From Schmidtea nova (taxonomy: Eukaryota), in contig CM097883.1 of NCBI GenBank assembly GCA_044892505.1, positions 436,914,001-436,978,000 of the forward strand: a stretch of DNA of 64,000 nucleotides. The letters run 5' to 3'. Numbering within the stretch: position 1 is the first letter of the stretch; every line of letters begins with the position of its first letter. A program made the position numbers and the translations under genes. Positions 61,443-64,000 of this stretch are shown here, piece after piece. The notes beneath the pieces are model-generated. The model worked only from the letters and a program-made list of their open reading frames with translations. It was not told where the DNA came from and did no database searches.

Positions 61443-63815
61443 CAGCGGTTCTCAAATTCTTCGAAATATTCTGCGATGCGCTCCCTTTAAAAATTGTTAA
61501 ATAGCTTGCGGACCCCTAATAATAAAAAATAAAAAAGGTATAGCAAATAAAACATATATATTGAGAAAATATTACATCGTAAAAGTTAAATAACAATTTT
61601 AATGCGACGGATGCATGCGTTTTTACAGAACTAGAGCTTCTAGGTTTGGCTTTGTCTTGGCCAGTGCAACTCGCATATCATTTGTCGCGCATAATCTATT
61701 TCTTGCTTTTGTTTTAATTGTAAGTAGTGTAGAAAAAGCCGACTCACACTCATAGGTGGTTGCAAATGGAATGAGGACTTTTAGAGCCATCTTTGCAACA
61801 TCAGGATAGGACAGTGCCATTTCAATCCAAAAGTCACTACAGCAAGTTCCACGGAAAACATGTTTTGCACCCTCATCGTTTATTAAATCAATAAATTGTT
61901 CCTGAACTAAATTGTCGTCCGAGGGCAGGTCACTAATGGATACTTCAAATGGGTTAGTGATAAACCGATGGTGTTTTTCAAATTCTCGCAGATCAGGAAA
62001 ATAGTGAGACATTTCTTTGCTAAGAACGAATACATGCTGTTCCATCATTTCAAGAATATCTGAATCGACTTCAAGCTTATTTTCATCAATATATGTATTC
62101 AGCTGCGGAAATGGAGCAAAATTCTTATTCTCTAACTTTGTAATCCATAGTTCGAGCTTCATTTTGAAAGCCGTCAATTTTTCATGACAATGTAGCACTG
62201 TGATATCTTTTCCTTGCAGCGCCAGATTGATATAATTCACGGATTCAAATATGTCTACCAAAAATGACAAGGAAATAAGAAAACGGACATCGGAGAATTT
62301 TGTGTGCATGTCTGGTTTGGTATCTTTCAAAAATTGCTGAATTTCTTTATGGAGTATAAAAACCCTCTTTAAAACTTTCCCTTTGGAAAGCCACCTCACG
62401 TGTGAGTGCAACAAGAGTTTTTCAATTCCGGAATCACTTTCTTTGCATAACTCGGAAAACAAACGAGAGTTAAGTGCATTTGATTTTATGAAATTTACTG
62501 CTGTAATCACATGATTGAGAACATTTTTCAACTCGTCAGGCATGGTTTTTACCATTAAAGCTTGGCGATGAATAGTGCAGTGTGTACCAATCATGTTTGG
62601 GGATTTTTGTTTAACCAAAGTTTGAAACCCAGAACGACAACCAAGCATTGCTGGAGCACCGTCAGTACACACGCCAATAAGATTTTCCCATTTGATATCA
62701 TGCGCTTTAAAGAATCTGTCCACTTTATCAAAGATTTCTTTTGCAGTTGTTCTGGTATTGAGAGTTTCACAGAACAAAAATTCATCTTCCAGGTGTTTAT
62801 CATACGTATATCGTAGGTAGACGCAAAGTTGTGCTAAGTTGGCGACATCCGTCGTTTCATCAAGTTGGATTGCAAAGAAGGAGAACGTTGAGTTTTGAAT
62901 TTTTGACACCACTTGCGACAGAATGTTTTCGGACATTTCTGCTATTCGCCTCCGAACAGTGTCGTTTGACAGGCAAACGTAACTTAGCTTGCTGAGCTCC
63001 GAACATCCCAGAACATTTGATATTATATCTTTGCAGCAAGGTAATATCAACTCTTCTCCGATATTGTGTGGTTTTTGGGCCGCAGCTATTTTCCTTGAAA
63101 CCTCATAGGACGCCCTCAGACCAGCCTTAATGTTCTCCGACCAGATTCCTGTGTCATCAATCCTGGAGTTGTGCAGTCGTTCGGCTTGGCGCTTAAAGAA
63201 GTCGACATCTTTGGTCATTGAGCTGGGATGCTTCGTTTCTAAGTGTCTCTTTAACTTGCTGGGTTTAAGAGAAGAGGGTGCCAGCACCTCAGAACACAAG
63301 ACACACTGTGGTTTCTCTTCACCTTTCGAATTTATTACAGTAAACCCATATTGTAAATATGAAATGTCATATCTCATTTTCTTTTTGGTGGGCATCTTAA
63401 ATCTAAAAAAATCGATAAAATAAAATAAAATTATAAATTTATAAAATTATACAGCAAAAGTTAAGGTTTATTATACCACAAACTGTTTACAAGAAAATAA
63501 AATACTAAATGTGATGCGTCGTTCACTCGGAGAAAATACAATTAAAGGCAAAGAATAAGCAGACAGGCCTGCTATATAAACCCTCGAGGTTGGACCGAGT
63601 CGAGGTGACAACGTTACAATTTTAAACAATGACGTCACAAATTAGCATACAACCTCAACATGCGCGCAAAATATTGGAGACACAAAACGCAGTTTTACCC
63701 CGTAAGGGGGCTAATGTTGAATTGATTTTTAATAACAGAAATGATTAAATTATTTTTTGATGTTTTTTTTAAATGATTTAAAAAAATAAATATGCGTTAG
63801 TTCGTCGCGGTCCCC
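61443..63815 (-). mobile_element. hAT Buster/ZBED5-like transposon; only one TIR found
   Basis: cagcggttctcaaa end at 61443, preceded by ttcTAtat. No matching TIR or TSD after the cgcggtcccc motif near 63810. Confidence 0.85.
61623..63395 (-). CDS. Nearly intact 590-aa Buster-type hAT transposase
   Basis: BED finger CVLC...RHLETKH, LDETTD, CTDGA, HCTIHRQ, RWLSKG, CESAFS. The stop falls 8 codons before the usual HPSH* end. Confidence 0.93.
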   Translation of the reverse strand: MPTKKKMRYDISYLQYGFTVINSKGEEKPQCVLCSEVLAPSSLKPSKLKRHLETKHPSSMTKDVDFFKRQAERLHNSRIDDTGIWSENIKAGLRASYEVSRKIAAAQKPHNIGEELILPCCKDIISNVLGCSELSKLSYVCLSNDTVRRRIAEMSENILSQVVSKIQNSTFSFFAIQLDETTDVANLAQLCVYLRYTYDKHLEDEFLFCETLNTRTTAKEIFDKVDRFFKAHDIKWENLIGVCTDGAPAMLGCRSGFQTLVKQKSPNMIGTHCTIHRQALMVKTMPDELKNVLNHVITAVNFIKSNALNSRLFSELCKESDSGIEKLLLHSHVRWLSKGKVLKRVFILHKEIQQFLKDTKPDMHTKFSDVRFLISLSFLVDIFESVNYINLALQGKDITVLHCHEKLTAFKMKLELWITKLENKNFAPFPQLNTYIDENKLEVDSDILEMMEQHVFVLSKEMSHYFPDLREFEKHHRFITNPFEVSISDLPSDDNLVQEQFIDLINDEGAKHVFRGTCCSDFWIEMALSYPDVAKMALKVLIPFATTYECESAFSTLLTIKTKARNRLCATNDMRVALAKTKPNLEALVL

Positions 63816-64000
63816 TATATTAAAATTAATCAACTGATTCAGGCTTGATAAGCGAATAAATTTGATTGATTTTCTTGTAAAAATGTGTATATCTCTTCAA
63901 ATAAACTATCCTATTGAGTTTTAGTACGTCTTATAAGAATCACTACTCATTTTCGAACAAAACTATATAATTCTTATGATTTTATCATTATTTAATTACT

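Overview
AT-rich (roughly 28% GC by eye) eukaryotic, invertebrate-type genomic DNA dominated by transposons. The 18S rDNA fragment looks flatworm/planarian-like from recall; this needs BLAST. One host gene is clearly recognisable: a gld-2 (TENT2/PAPD4) cytoplasmic poly(A) polymerase. Its four phase-compatible exons (33559-35440, 49654-49953, 51863-52300, 56020-56429; about 1009 aa) include a long low-complexity N-terminus, and its 14.2-kb intron is filled with transposons. There are two unassigned intact ORFs (187 aa, GC-rich; 489 aa). Mobile content includes a decayed Maverick/Polinton (adintovirus-like) block with packaging ATPase, integrase-chromodomain, penton, hexon start and an unexpected TBP-like gene. 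Also present: two identical, inverted repeats carrying a Penelope-type hammerhead ribozyme 7 kb apart; Tc1, mariner, two MULE, three hAT and one Chapaev element; Gypsy relics; many MITEs; and 18S rRNA and actin fragments that both lie just downstream of the same repeat. All calls are from manual reading and no searches were run.
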